Under the pieces are notes generated by a model. It saw only the letters and a list, made by a program, of their open reading frames with translations, had not been told where the DNA came from and did not search any database. A stretch of DNA of 64,000 nt from assembly GCA_002633005.1 (NCBI GenBank), contig NMRA01000364.1:382912-446911 (forward strand), given 5' to 3'. Positions 24,179 to 36,600 of this stretch are shown piece by piece. A program made the position numbers and the translations under genes. Numbering within the stretch: position 1 is the stretch's first letter; each line of letters begins with the position of its first letter. The stretch comes from Phoronis australis (lineage: Eukaryota > Animalia > Phoronida).

Positions 24179-26693
24179 TCAGGTAAAGGACATCATGGGG
24201 GTAAGACATGAGTCAACTTGCTGTGGGTGAGCCAACTTTGTCTTTTCCTTGGTCTCCAACCGTATGCTCTCTTCTTGGGGAATCGTGTCCGTCGGAATCG
24301 ATTCGCGAGAATTTGGCAAAAGCTGAATGTGTTCCCCTGCACCAGCAGGATCGCTTGCCGAGCATTTGTCGGTTGGGCTCTGGGGTTTTCCCGCCATTTT
24401 CACATCATGAATGTCTGGAAAAATCCGAGAATTGTGTATTACACGCATTCGTGTAACAGTTGCAGGCTTGCTTACACTAGTATTGAACATGAAACGACAG
24501 TTGTTTCTCCAGTGTTGTTGTTAAATGACATTTTTAACTATATACAACGTACGACGAGTCGGTCTAGTGCACCATCTTTGTACAATGATAATCCCACTGA
24601 ACCGTGGAAGGTGGCGAGTAAGATAGGGCCAGTTTCAATACACACATCTTTGTACAATGATAATACCAGAACCGTGAAATGCGGCGAGTAAAGCATGGCC
24701 AGTTTTGTCGACACACACACGCACACACACACAACGCACGCACATATAAGGACTATAGTGGTACGAACTGTGTATAATATGGGTTTTCAGTCGTGACCTT
24801 ACTCACCATCACTTGTACTGGCGATTCCGGGAAAAACGTTTATAAGATTGGTATAAGTTGTATTTGGCATTACGGCGGAATTCAACATCTGCTGCTGGCC
24901 TTGCCATGTCTCTTCGATTTTTCTTGTATCGCCATCTAAAAAAATTACGGTACGTTCAGGCTAATCCTCGTCACAGTTGAGTGGGGGCAGATTACCTTTC
25001 CCTCTAAACTCATTTGGCATCAGCCTTCAATGGCTGGTTGCATGAAACCGTCTCAAAAAGGGACTCGACTAAGTTCCCTAAAATACCTGCTTATCTGTTG
25101 GCTTGTGAAAAGACTAAATGATGTCCTTTCTTATGCTGTTTGGGGTGTCATTACTATCTCAGTTTGTGGCTTTGATACAAATCGAGAGTGAACTTTACGC
25201 TGAATTCTAAATGTTTAGTGAAAATACGTAGTTATCTTTTCATTCATAACTTAAAGTCTCCTCTTTTGATCAAATTAAGGGCTCAGTTTTTAGTTATAAT
25301 TTATTACATAATGTCATCAGTTAATGAGGAGCTCCCTATAAAGATAAAGTGATAAAAATATTACATATGTGAATAAATATAGGAACAAATACGTGAAAGA
25401 TTCAGAGAACTGAACCCGTGTTTGGGACTATTTCATGTAACCGGCCATTGAGTACCAATATGTCTCAGAATGGAATAAAAGTCAATCTCAATTATAGGTG
25501 TCTAAAACTCAAAGGCGTCTTCTTTTTCTACTTCTTAACATTCACACTGAAAAGTGTGATCTGAATTTAAGGTCAGCATTATAACGACTCTTTAACTTGT
25601 GATACTATGTGCCAACAAACTCTTTCCAAACCTAAAATAAATTAAATTTGACCATAGATCTAGTAACTCCATGGTTTGACGAAAATGTACTGGAATTAGA
25701 CAGTTTTAGAAATAGATTAGGTCATTTTTGTTCTTCATGGTACGTAACATGTCTAATACCTTTTGGTGTCCTCTCTCTGATGCAATGTCCAACCAGGCTT
25801 ATGAAGAGCGCAGCGCCCAGGATGAACACAAGAACCCACGCAACGGATGTCCCTGGACTCGTTGTTGGTGAAACCGTTTTCATCACAGGAGGTGAACTTG
25901 CTGTTGTCGGTGGTGGTGTAAGGGATAGACTCGTTGTTGTTGTTGTTGTTGTTGTTGTAGTTTTCGGCCACATATCTACAGAAATCGTTTCATAATTACG
26001 TTAAAGAACGTCAGTCTTCGCACTAAGTAGAGTCATTGTTTAACAATACCATTTGCGCATCGGCGAGAGAAGTGATTTGTATAAATCAGCTTCAGCGCAG
26101 AACCTGGAACATCCGCGGTCGCAGCCGGCGTGTCGCTCTGCTTGCGGAGATAAACTCCGCTGTGATAGATGGTAGAGTATTTTTAGCAATGGGATAAATA
26201 GCTAGGCAATATTTATCTCATTGAGTTTAAGCTAAATCGCACTCAGTAAATGCACTTAAAGTATTTTAAATGTTCTTAAGTGACAGAGTCATCGGCCTTA
26301 CATCTGCAGCTGATGTCTGGCAGACAACGGCGAGAATTGGCGACTCGTAATAAAACCACAAATCGCAACAGATTTTGTTATTAAATAACTCTGGTCAAAG
26401 CTAATAACTTTAACAAGAGCGTCCCATTAAGAGAAATCTCCACAATGATTTTTTTCGACCCTAAATAATATAATGTTCCTTTCCCTATACTCACCCTTAC
26501 ACGACAAATGTTTCACGCACTTGTGGAGTCTGGTTCTGATTTCTGTTGCACAAATCTCGGAGCACGGACGACAGCTTTCTAGTCCCTCATTATAATATTG
26601 AAGGGGCGTGCAGTCCATGATTGGAATTGTCCATGTACGCCTAACACTGACCACGATACCTATAAAAACTGGTAAACACTTTCCAAAGTCCAT
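24179..26693 (-). CDS. Receptor gene C: single-CRD TNFR-like type I membrane protein with Thr-rich mucin-like stalk, 259 aa; exons 26693-26495, 25975-25760, 24935-24807, 24414-24179
   Basis: Three phase-1 GT-AG introns give a 780-nt ORF. Leader MDFGKCLPVFIGIVVSV; CRD CTPLQYYNEGLESCRPCSEICATEIRTRLHKCVKHLSC; stalk MWPKT10SLSLTPPPTTASSPP; TM VAWVLVFILGAALFISLVGHCI; tail contains EHIQLL and PQEE. Confidence 0.85.
24573..24716 (+). repeat. Two-copy ~72-bp tandem duplication in intron 3 of gene C
   Basis: catctttgtacaatgataat..gaaccgtg..ggcgagtaa..ggccagttt at ~24573 and ~24645. Confidence 0.8.
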
Positions 26694-26824
26694 TATTAAA
26701 AGAGGCACACTGACAACGTCTCTCGATCGCTTCTGGGACCTTCTGGACAGTTGATAAGTAACGATTTTCCTACACGTGTTTTTGCTCGCAACGCGGACTG
26801 ACGGTCACCGGTAATCGTGACCTC

Positions 26825-26834
26825 GGGGTTTTCC
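26825..26834 (+). promoter_or_regulatory. kB-like site upstream of receptor gene C
   Basis: GGGGTTTTCC, 132-141 bp upstream of the ATG at 26693. Confidence 0.55.
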
Positions 26835-26904
26835 AGGTACGAGCGACTTCTTTTAGCCGATGAAAACAAATCTGTTAAACTTCAATACTGAATCATTTTG
26901 GAAG

Positions 26905-27044
26905 GCGCCTCTTCATTGATATAAACCCCCTTAATAGTTTGGGCATTATCTAGGACTTCGATAAATTCTTTCAGATACATGATAAACAATAGTGGGCTGA
27001 TCATACACCCTTGTCTGGTGCCGACAGAACACTCAAAAAAGTCG
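26905..27044 (-). mobile_element. Short LINE reverse-transcriptase fragment
   Basis: Minus strand reads DFFECSVGTRQGCMISPLLFIMYLKEFIEVL, matching the non-LTR RT motif G.RQGC.LSPLLF. Confidence 0.8.
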
Positions 27045-29316
27045 TACACAAGTGAAATCGTAGGGTCGCATAGGTACTGAACGAGATACCGAGATAATAA
27101 ACTCGGGATCTCGAGATTCTGAGATAATTAGAAAGAAACGCGCGATGTTATCTTTGGGGCAACGTACATAGGCTATACTTTTCCGTGATGTTTTTTCTCA
27201 AGAAATTCTTTGTTAGATTTTTACATCTTTCATTCGTAATTTTCATTGTTGTCCTCCTTTTAGGTCTAGACCAACAATACTTTATTACTGTCGGTTACGC
27301 GTTTATAGGTGGACCTTCGAACTAGACAAGGAAATTGAACTGAATTACCTGTGCGGCAACTGGAATTCAAACAGGTGTCTTTGTTATGGGCACTTGTCAA
27401 AAACTTATCTTCATCAATATTGTGTGCTCAAAGACACGTTACAATGACTCATGAGTACAAATCTTTATCACGCCGGTCGCGCCATCGTATTCGTGCCAAT
27501 ATAGAAATATATTACATGTTAACCTCTACAAAGGATATTTGATGGCAAACAAGACATTTTGCTGTATAACAACTGCCTTGTAAATCCGCGGTCACGCTGG
27601 GAATTTCATGACAAACCATTGTACAGCACTTTCACACGAGTTTAAGAGACACCTATCGTCTTTTTACGTCTCAATACGCTATTATTTCTGGTTTGGCTAG
27701 TGGTCTGTTGCGAATGTATTGCTTGAGTTATGTATACATGGTATTTTACTCATTATAAATCAACTGAAGACCTTCACATCTTTCGTGTGTGTGTGTGACT
27801 ATCTAACCTCAGGATGAGATGTGCACTCAACATCAACCAAACTGCAGAATTTGACTGAGAATCACACCTTTTCATTTGAACACTATACTCTGTCATAAAA
27901 AACGGAAGAGGATGTCACTTTTCTAACAGCGCACCAACGTATTGTAAAAGATCACATGACTTAATATTCCTTCATTTATTTTTGCTTGTCGCGTGTAAAG
28001 AATGATGAAACATTTGTGCCAAAAATGAATTTCGTTTGATTGAAGTTGAAAAGGTTAAAGCTTGTGCAAAGACATTGCGCATAATTACAGAAATTACAAC
28101 AAAAAGCAAACAAACTTAATACGTCTTGTTGGCAAAAAATCTTAGTTTTTACAGTAATAATAACTACATCTTTCGGAATATACAAAAATACTGTAACAAG
28201 TTTGAGCTTATGTGTCAGCATAGTACGTATAACATCATTGTATTGGTTTGTAGTAATGATACGGAATGCTCCCCTTGTTGTAAACAAATCTCTTTTGTAT
28301 TTTCTCTCGATACTTCGACACACTCTGCAGCGGCTGCTACCCCTCACGTTCCTGTCCCGAAGAAACAAGTCGAGTATGTTGGGAATGTCGCATTTCTAGT
28401 TCATCATGTTTGCATGATGCAAACAAGCCCAAATATATTCATCGTAATCCCTATCAATGATTTTTTTATCGGGACAGGACCGTATAGGTAAGCACAGCGC
28501 CTGTTGACTGCAACACAGTAACGAATGAACAACGGGATTTCCCGGCGTTGGACCTAGTGTTCTGGCCAAGCAACAATGAGTAAAGACTGTAAGGACTCTG
28601 TATAACAAATTTGTAGACCTACGCTAGACAAATATAACGTGTGTACAATGGGCTTTAAAAACAGGAATACGTCTACGACAAGACTTTCTTACCACTTGCT
28701 TTTATAATATTCTGTGAGTCAGCATTTTTGTCAAGAAATCAATTCCATACACCCGGTGGAGGTAATTCCGTCCTTCTGACGAGAATTTATATTTTACTTG
28801 TGGGAGAAATTAAGTGTGTCCCTAACCCACAGGCCACTACAAGTAATGCATGTCCAGGCTGCTATGGACAAGAGGGTTACTGATCACAATGAGATCAATT
28901 AATACCAACCCTTCCAACAATCCACGATTGCTATCTGTGATTATAATGAATTGAGGACCAGTTTGCTCTGGATTCCATTGAATGCCCGGATGCTTTATTC
29001 AAATCTGGCAGTCAGGACTTTCCAGTTCAGCGGGACGACGCCTCCGTCTACCTTGGCATATTTTACATTTCAGGATTGTGCGATTGCCGTTCATGTCAGT
29101 GGTGAATCAGTTTCGACCAATCACAGGGCAGCCATTGGACAACTAGACGAAACCTGGCATGGGTTTTTACATTACCCCAAATTTAGATTGGAAATTTAAC
29201 TACGGTAACAACAACGAAGGACAATGACTTGCATTTTGCATAGAATAGTTGGATTCAGATTTAAAACCCAGCAAGTCCCAAAAGCAGGAAACGGAAAGAT
29301 TAGAGAAATAGAATAC

Positions 29317-29322
29317 TTTATT
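29317..29322 (-). promoter_or_regulatory. Candidate polyadenylation signal of the PLAT-ankyrin gene
   Basis: AATAAA on the minus strand about 1.3 kb past the stop codon, followed by a T/C-rich tract. Other AATAAA hexamers occur closer to the stop. Confidence 0.35.
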
Positions 29323-30619
29323 GTTATCAGTAACACAACTTCACAAATACATTTCAATACATATTAAAATATAAGTGGCTCATTACGCGGTGTAGATTTA
29401 TTGTATGTCATGGTTGATCTTTAGAAACCTATTCAATCAAAAAGTGCCCAACGAAAGTAAGGACGTTGATATTACTGATTTAAGTTGAAAAAAATACTAA
29501 AAGCCTCAAGTCATGGAGTTTTGAAAACACTAGTGCAACTTTATACAAAGTGAATGTTAAGCAAACTAGCAATTTATTTATTCTGGTGAGGTTTGGTGAA
29601 ACTATAGTTCCACCTTGAAGCAATAATCAACAGGAACAGCATTTTGAAATGGTTTTCTAAGAATACAAACACGTTTAATATTTGGCAATGAACAATTGAT
29701 GATTTAAACAAACAGAAAAAACATTTTAGACTTCTTGGGTAATTTCTTGAGATTGGGATGATCCATATGAACATGACAAGATGAATCAGCTGGTATAGCT
29801 AATAGCACAAATACAGCGCCATCTTTAGGATAAGGAGACAAATTATTTTGATGATGTGTTAGCATTCCACATCAAATATTTAGTCACAATGAGACTTGAA
29901 GAGCATTCATTGATTGTTTCTGCACCTGTTTTCTTCATAACAAATATGACTACCTAATATGTAAAGACAGTAACTTTTTACCTAGACACAGTCACAACAG
30001 GCGAGAATGATTATCTATAGCACAGCTCAAAAATGAAGAAAACGGTTGTTTGGGGGAAATTAAACAATAGGTTTGCAACCTCTTTCAGGAAGCTGATGTT
30101 GGAAAATCAAAGACAAAGACTGACACAGAATGCAAATACATGATCGACAGAAAACATGTGCTCATTATCACAGACAAACTGCAGAGTATGATACGCAGCC
30201 TAAAACGCGTAAGACAAACTATGTACAGAAATGATGCCTAAGGTATGGCTAGTGAACAATTAATCAACTGGTCAAAGCATCCATTACACAGTTCAGCGAT
30301 GGCATTACATGCTGAGGAGGAGTCGATCAGTTTGGTAATAAATGTATTACGTTTTCAAGCCAGACAGGTAAAACTTCACAATCCCTGAAGTCTCAACACA
30401 TCAGAGCATAGTCACTGTTTTAGAAAAAAAATAAATAAGGATATAATAAACTTGTTCAATGACTATTTAAACCATACTAAATACTTTTGCAGCATTCCAT
30501 GTCAGCCACTGCCCTAGTGAGTTTAAAAGTTCAAGTTCAACAACAGGGGTCACTATTTATTTATTGCTTGTGTATTACGCCTGCTTCTGATCACTGTGCA
30601 CCAACAATTGTGTGTTTCC

Positions 30620-33600
30620 CTAAAGGTCATCGCCATACTCGGCTCGAATGGCATCGAGAAAGCTGGCCCCTGGTCCCATACTTTGACGACGCTCTTCAAA
30701 CTGCTTAAATTCCTTCTTCTTTTCCTGAGGAAAAACAGAAATACTTTGAATTATTTGCTGGTGACCGCTTAGTCATCTGTCAACAAAATTTACTTCAAAA
30801 TCATGTCGGTAGCAGCAAGCTCATAAAAACAAAAATGAAAAGATGCTGCACTATATCTAATATCTAATTAAAAATAACTCAAGTCAGACTGAAAGATTAT
30901 ACAGTCACGTGTCATTTGTTTTAGCTTATTTCATTTCTGCATCTTCGTTTTAAGTAAAATCTAGATCAAACCTATATAAAAAATAATTGCAGGCGGTCTG
31001 ATACACGTTGTACAAGACGTGCGCAGGCCTCGCATGTGCGCCCATTGCACTGATCACCTGGAAATACTTTTAAGCTTTATTAATATATGGTTAAAACCGA
31101 GCTGAGGAGCTAGAAACCTGACTCAAAGGTCTAGCAGTGTGACCTGGTGGGACTTGAACCCACGACCTCGAGTAAAGAAAGCGGACACTTATCAACCAGG
31201 CCACACTGCCTCCTCTAGATCAAACCTAAGTATTGTAAATGAATAAAAATACAACTTTTAAGTGTAAGACCGCAAAAACAAGGCCAAACATATTCAGACA
31301 AAATGATGCAGAATTCCCCATCATGATGACTGGGGAGAAGCCAGTTAATTACCAGTGTAGACTTCAATCTCGACCGAAAATGAAGGGAATTAACATGAAA
31401 GTTAGTCTGGTGGTTAAGCCCTTCTGAAATTGGAATTTTGTCGGCATAACAGATACAACCTCATGACAGGGAAATGCTATACTGGTCGATTAGTTATGTC
31501 ATATATTATATATTCAGCAGCCCACTGCTTCGGGCAGAATTATAGTCTTCTTAAATTCTGCAGGAGACGTCTGCAGAGTACAGTTTTTATACAGGTCAAT
31601 ACATCTTCTTACTTTATTTATATGTTACATGCTGACGGTATATTTTTCATTGTACAATATCGATCAAGAGGGTATGGATAATGAAATGACTCTACAACAC
31701 TATATAGACAACATCTGGCCTTCTCAGAATCACAAGGAATAGAGAAAGCGGTTTTAGCACTGTCATGGTAAGTCTTTAAAAATTCAAACAATATTATACA
31801 ATTTACTTCTTCCCCACCCAATAATGTGACTTGTTAGGACAATTTTACAGGAGTGGCAGTATTTTAAAGAAACAAGGAACACGTGACAAGTCTACCAGAA
31901 AAATTCAATAAACTGAATTATTAGAGGGTGTGAATAAATAGGATTACCATGCGGCAAATCACACAAACAGTAAATCCAATATATATACGTTTTCAAAACA
32001 ATCATGCAAAATGTGCTGCAAAGCATTGATACACAACAAATCCAATGAAACCAGTACAATTTCCAAGAAACACTCAAACGTCACATCCAAATTTATCTCT
32101 TTCTTCATTGTAACAAATAATATGACAACTTTCCATCCACAACAATGTAAGAAACTAATAACCAAATTCTAAATCTTACCATCAGTCTGACAAGTACAGG
32201 AAATGAATAAAGGCAATTTTCAGCAAACAACAACCAATCACAGATGTTTTGCGAGGTCATGTTCTATTCTTTATGTGCATACATTAAAAGCTTCCATCAA
32301 CTGCACTCATCTGGGTTAACACTCTGGCTTAAACTAAAAAATCAGAACGTGGCCATCGAAAAAGAATTTTTAAGCACGCGACGATAGACACTTTTCCAAA
32401 CAGTCGATTGGCTTAAGGGCCAGGGAGCTACATGAATGGACTCAACTAAAACATCAGTTATATGTCTATGTAAGACTGTTTTGAACCATTCGGTAGCTAA
32501 AATTCCGAGAGGGGTCATTAGGTTTCCCAAGGGTGTTACCACAGACGAGTACAGTAAAAACAATTTGCCATGCAACTTCTTGTCAACAATCACTGTGAAC
32601 AATATACTCAAAGCCATGAGACACCAGGCCGCCACAGGAGAACATTAAAATTCACTTGAGATTCATCTCCAAATTAGACCAATTACGTCATGTGAATTTT
32701 AAAAATTTACTTGAAGAGTACTACATGCTTAATCAATTTTTGGTAGACTTTCGGAACAAACAAACTATTGAGTTCTTCCATAGCCCAGAAATTACTTCTA
32801 TGCTTGGTAAGGAACATAACAAGGCTAATTTTATATTAGTGTTCCGTACACACAAAACAGAGAAGGGTGTTTTGTGACTTGAAGAAATGAAATGCATTTA
32901 GTGACAGTTGTCTTCTTTCACATACTTAAAATGGCATGAAAAACAATCACCACATTCACTACAAAGAAAAATTTGCAATTTTAAAAATTGCAAAGTAATT
33001 GAAAAAAACAAGAGCATATACCATTGCCAGTTATTTTGAAGTCAAAAATCCTACCGGCAGGCAGATATTTTCAAGAAATATCAACACCACAGGCTTATTC
33101 TAAATTATAGTGTTCTCATTTTTGATGAAATAGGACTAAAAAACCCGCAACCCCTCCCCTCGCACCAAACTCCTCTACAAAGTAGGTCAACCATACCTCT
33201 TTTTCTTCTTCCTCTCGTTTCTTCTTCTCAATTTCAGCCGGAGTAGCGGCATCTTCGGACTCTGACAGCGTAGTATCGTCAGCCTCAGTTTCAGTGTCGG
33301 TCGCTTCACTAACGGAGCTAATCTTACGAGCTGGTTTCACCTCGGTCTCCTAAAAAGGAAAGATTTTCAATTAAAGTTACGTAAAACCATAGGAGAATGT
33401 ACAAATTAGGCTACCGTAACGTCGGAGTGACGTATATCAAAATGGCCAATCAGATTCATTTGAAACTCTTGGATACTATGTTTCATGCACTGTTTTCTAA
33501 AACGCTGTTAGAAATTGTTTTCACCATGTATATGAGGGACTATTAAAAATAGAACATTTTTATGACATTTATGACACAACTCGAAAGTTGCATGAAACAA

Positions 33601-36600
33601 AAACAAAATATTTTTATTACTTTGATATTAAAAATTTTTGAGATTTTATTTTGAACATTTATATCATACGAAATTTGGTCATGTAACTGATACTGTTGAT
33701 TAGCTATTAAATGTACCAGTTTCTTTTTGGCTACACTTAACTAAAAAGTCACGTAACCCAATTGATGAAAAATCAGTATAAAGCCAATCTGGGTGGCATT
33801 CAATAGACCTAGTTTGTTGTGAGACAAGCAAGATCATGTACAGACCGTGCAAAATCATGCAAGGGAAAAGCGAGAGTTTCTCCAGCATGACAGAGACCTT
33901 ACAAGCATAACTTAGCACTAAAATGATTGGTCAGTGAGGTTGGAATGTTGAATTACGGGATATAATTCATAAATTATGGGATAGAATTCACATTGCCATT
34001 CTATAACCAAAGATTTTTCGCTACCACTGCACCGCTAATATGTTGCATATACAGAACGCAATATCCTGATGTTTATGATTAGATCAGCCAGTGCCGGCTA
34101 TTGGCCACATCTGAAACTACCAACTGACCTTCTTGTCATCACTCCAGGTACTGCTAGCGGACAGTGGACGACTGGAGCCTTTGTTGGCTACCACTGACGA
34201 ATCATTACCATCGGACGCATCTCTGTAGAAAAAAGTAACAAAAGTCAAGACAGAGGTGTACAAATACAACAGCCACGTGAGATTATCAAATTTTACTAGA
34301 GTCTCCACTCAAAAATTGACCAATCAAGTTCTGGGCAATTTTCGAGTGAAATTTACAGTAGTTTGGTACATGGTTCACTGTATTATTGGACAAGTAAGTG
34401 GGGATGTCAGTGACATTTTTAATATGTTGACCTGACACACACAACTGCAATCGGTTTCAAACTTTATGACCCACTTATGGCAAAGACAATTTTACATTTA
34501 TTTAATTGCTTTAAAATAATTCAGTGTAAATTTGAAAATGATACAAAAAAGTGTCACTGTTTAGCAACTTACGGCACATGACTATTTTTCCTCATCATGG
34601 AAATGCTGCTATCGGGGTTTCTCTGTTCATCTACACACTTCTTCAGGAAGTCAAAGACCTCTTCATGTTCGTACTCGTCTGCCACATCAGCTGGAGTACG
34701 CCCCATTGAGTCTTCCTGCTCCAAATCGCACCGGTTGGCAACCAGCCATTTAACAGTCTCCAGATGACCTCTGGTGGCATAAAACGAAATTAGTTTTAAT
34801 ATTCATACCGCATTAAAATACCTCGACTTACTGTTCCAAATTTTTCTAAAATATTCATGGGAAGTTCACCATTACAAAATAAAGTTGTTCAGTTGGCGGG
34901 GGATTTACACAACTAAATGTCCTAGTAAATGCTATAAAGCACGTCTGCTGCAATCTGTTATACAGAATAATGATCTGAATGTGAACACTTTGCAGGACAT
35001 TGCATACAATGCTGAGGTTATTTATTCTGACACGTGAACTGCCCGAGTCACACGATTGCAACTCACAATTCTGGTGAACTCCTTCGGTCCAGCCTAATTT
35101 TGGAGATTTTCAATCATGGCATTAACCTAGAAGACAAATGCAATACTAGAGCTGTTCTTACTACCAGCTCTAACCACAAACCCCGCAGTCACTCACCGCA
35201 TGCTGGCCAGATGTAGTGGAGATTGCTGGTCAATGGAGAGAGACAGGAGTGCACCCATGGCATGCAGGACCATCATGCACTGCACGTGCCCATTCAAACT
35301 TGCCAAGTGCATGGCAGTATAACCTGAGGAAACAACGAAAGCAGGTTACAGGTACAGAATATCAGTTATCTATAGTGTATTAGGTTGGGACATGCGTGCA
35401 TTTCATTACTGGTATCTTCATGAATAGACAAAAACTGATGCCTGAGCATCCCAGACTAGATCCTTGAGGGATATCATGCCACCTGTTAAGTGGAAATATA
35501 GACGTTTCCCCCCACTGCAACAATTTCCCACAATCCATTGCAAACGTGACATTTGCTTCTACCCAAAAATGTTGAATCTTGTTTTGATTTTTCATTTTTC
35601 AGCAAAAACAATAATTTGAAAACTGATCAAAAGAAAGAAAGAGAACACTTTATACTTTTCCATTATTGTAAGGAATGCCGGCTGGAGTTCAAAGGCAGTA
35701 TGTTTGGTGCATTCGATTCTCATCTTTGCTTAAGTTGCAAATTTTTGGACATCTTAAAGTTCACACTTTAACCTCTAATCCTAGACAACAAGGCACAGTA
35801 CCTGTTTGAGTCTCCAGTTCAAGGTCAGCTCCATTGGCTGCCAGCCAGCGCACCACCTCCACGTGACCGTGAGTGGATGATATGTGAAGGGGAGTGAGAA
35901 GCTTCTCGTCGAATGAACTGCAACAAGAACCAATGAGGTAACTGCCAGAACCAACGACATGCCAATATACACTTGGTGATCAAATTAAAGGCATTTTGTT
36001 ACAAATATATACAAAGGAGATTATGAAGATGATTTGAAAGGGCAAATATGCCTGTGAAAAGTAATTTTTTACTCCATAACATGGTGTATAGTGACCTTAA
36101 AAGTAAAAATCGTAGTAACATGTCCAGCTTTCCTCTCAGAACTGTAGCAATTTTCCTCAGGAAATTCTTACCTGGGGTCTGTTTCATGAAAAGAGACTTA
36201 AGTCAGAAATTCAGTGCCCCGCTTCACACAACTATTTCAGAAAAATAATTTAATTTCATATTGAGAAAACGTATAAACGCTATGAGAATATACACATAGC
36301 CTCAGAACAACTTCACAAAAGTAATAAATCTTACTTGGGCAAATGTACAAAGTTTCTAAGAATATCAGCGTAATGTCAAGTTTCTGGTATAATTTCTATA
36401 AATTATTTTTAGACTATGATGCACTCATAATTACTTGGCTAAACTTTTTTTCCAGAAATTCTGAAGACCAAATTTTTGTCTTAATTCTTAAGTCACTTTC
36501 ATGAAACATACCACGGGGGTCTTTTATATACACTAAACTCGTACTTTGATGGGTTTATTTTCACAATTCACTTTCACCATTGTCACTATTACAGTTATTC

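Noticed and set aside
6694-24414. Death domain, TRAF6 motif or C-terminal PDZ ligand in the receptor tails
   Set aside because: The tails look low-complexity and disordered, no clean PxExx(aromatic/acidic) motif was found, and the C-termini (GPYD, SEKK, MSFT) are not conserved.
27976-28608. Overlapping ORFs as a possible fourth receptor paralogue
   Set aside because: No CRPCSEIC-like CRD or TM exon found, and the translations have no recognisable motifs.
31135-31210. tRNA gene
   Set aside because: A and B boxes are present, but no clean cloverleaf is evident, and the sequence continues into a body and tail bounded by a 15-bp TSD, so it is a SINE.
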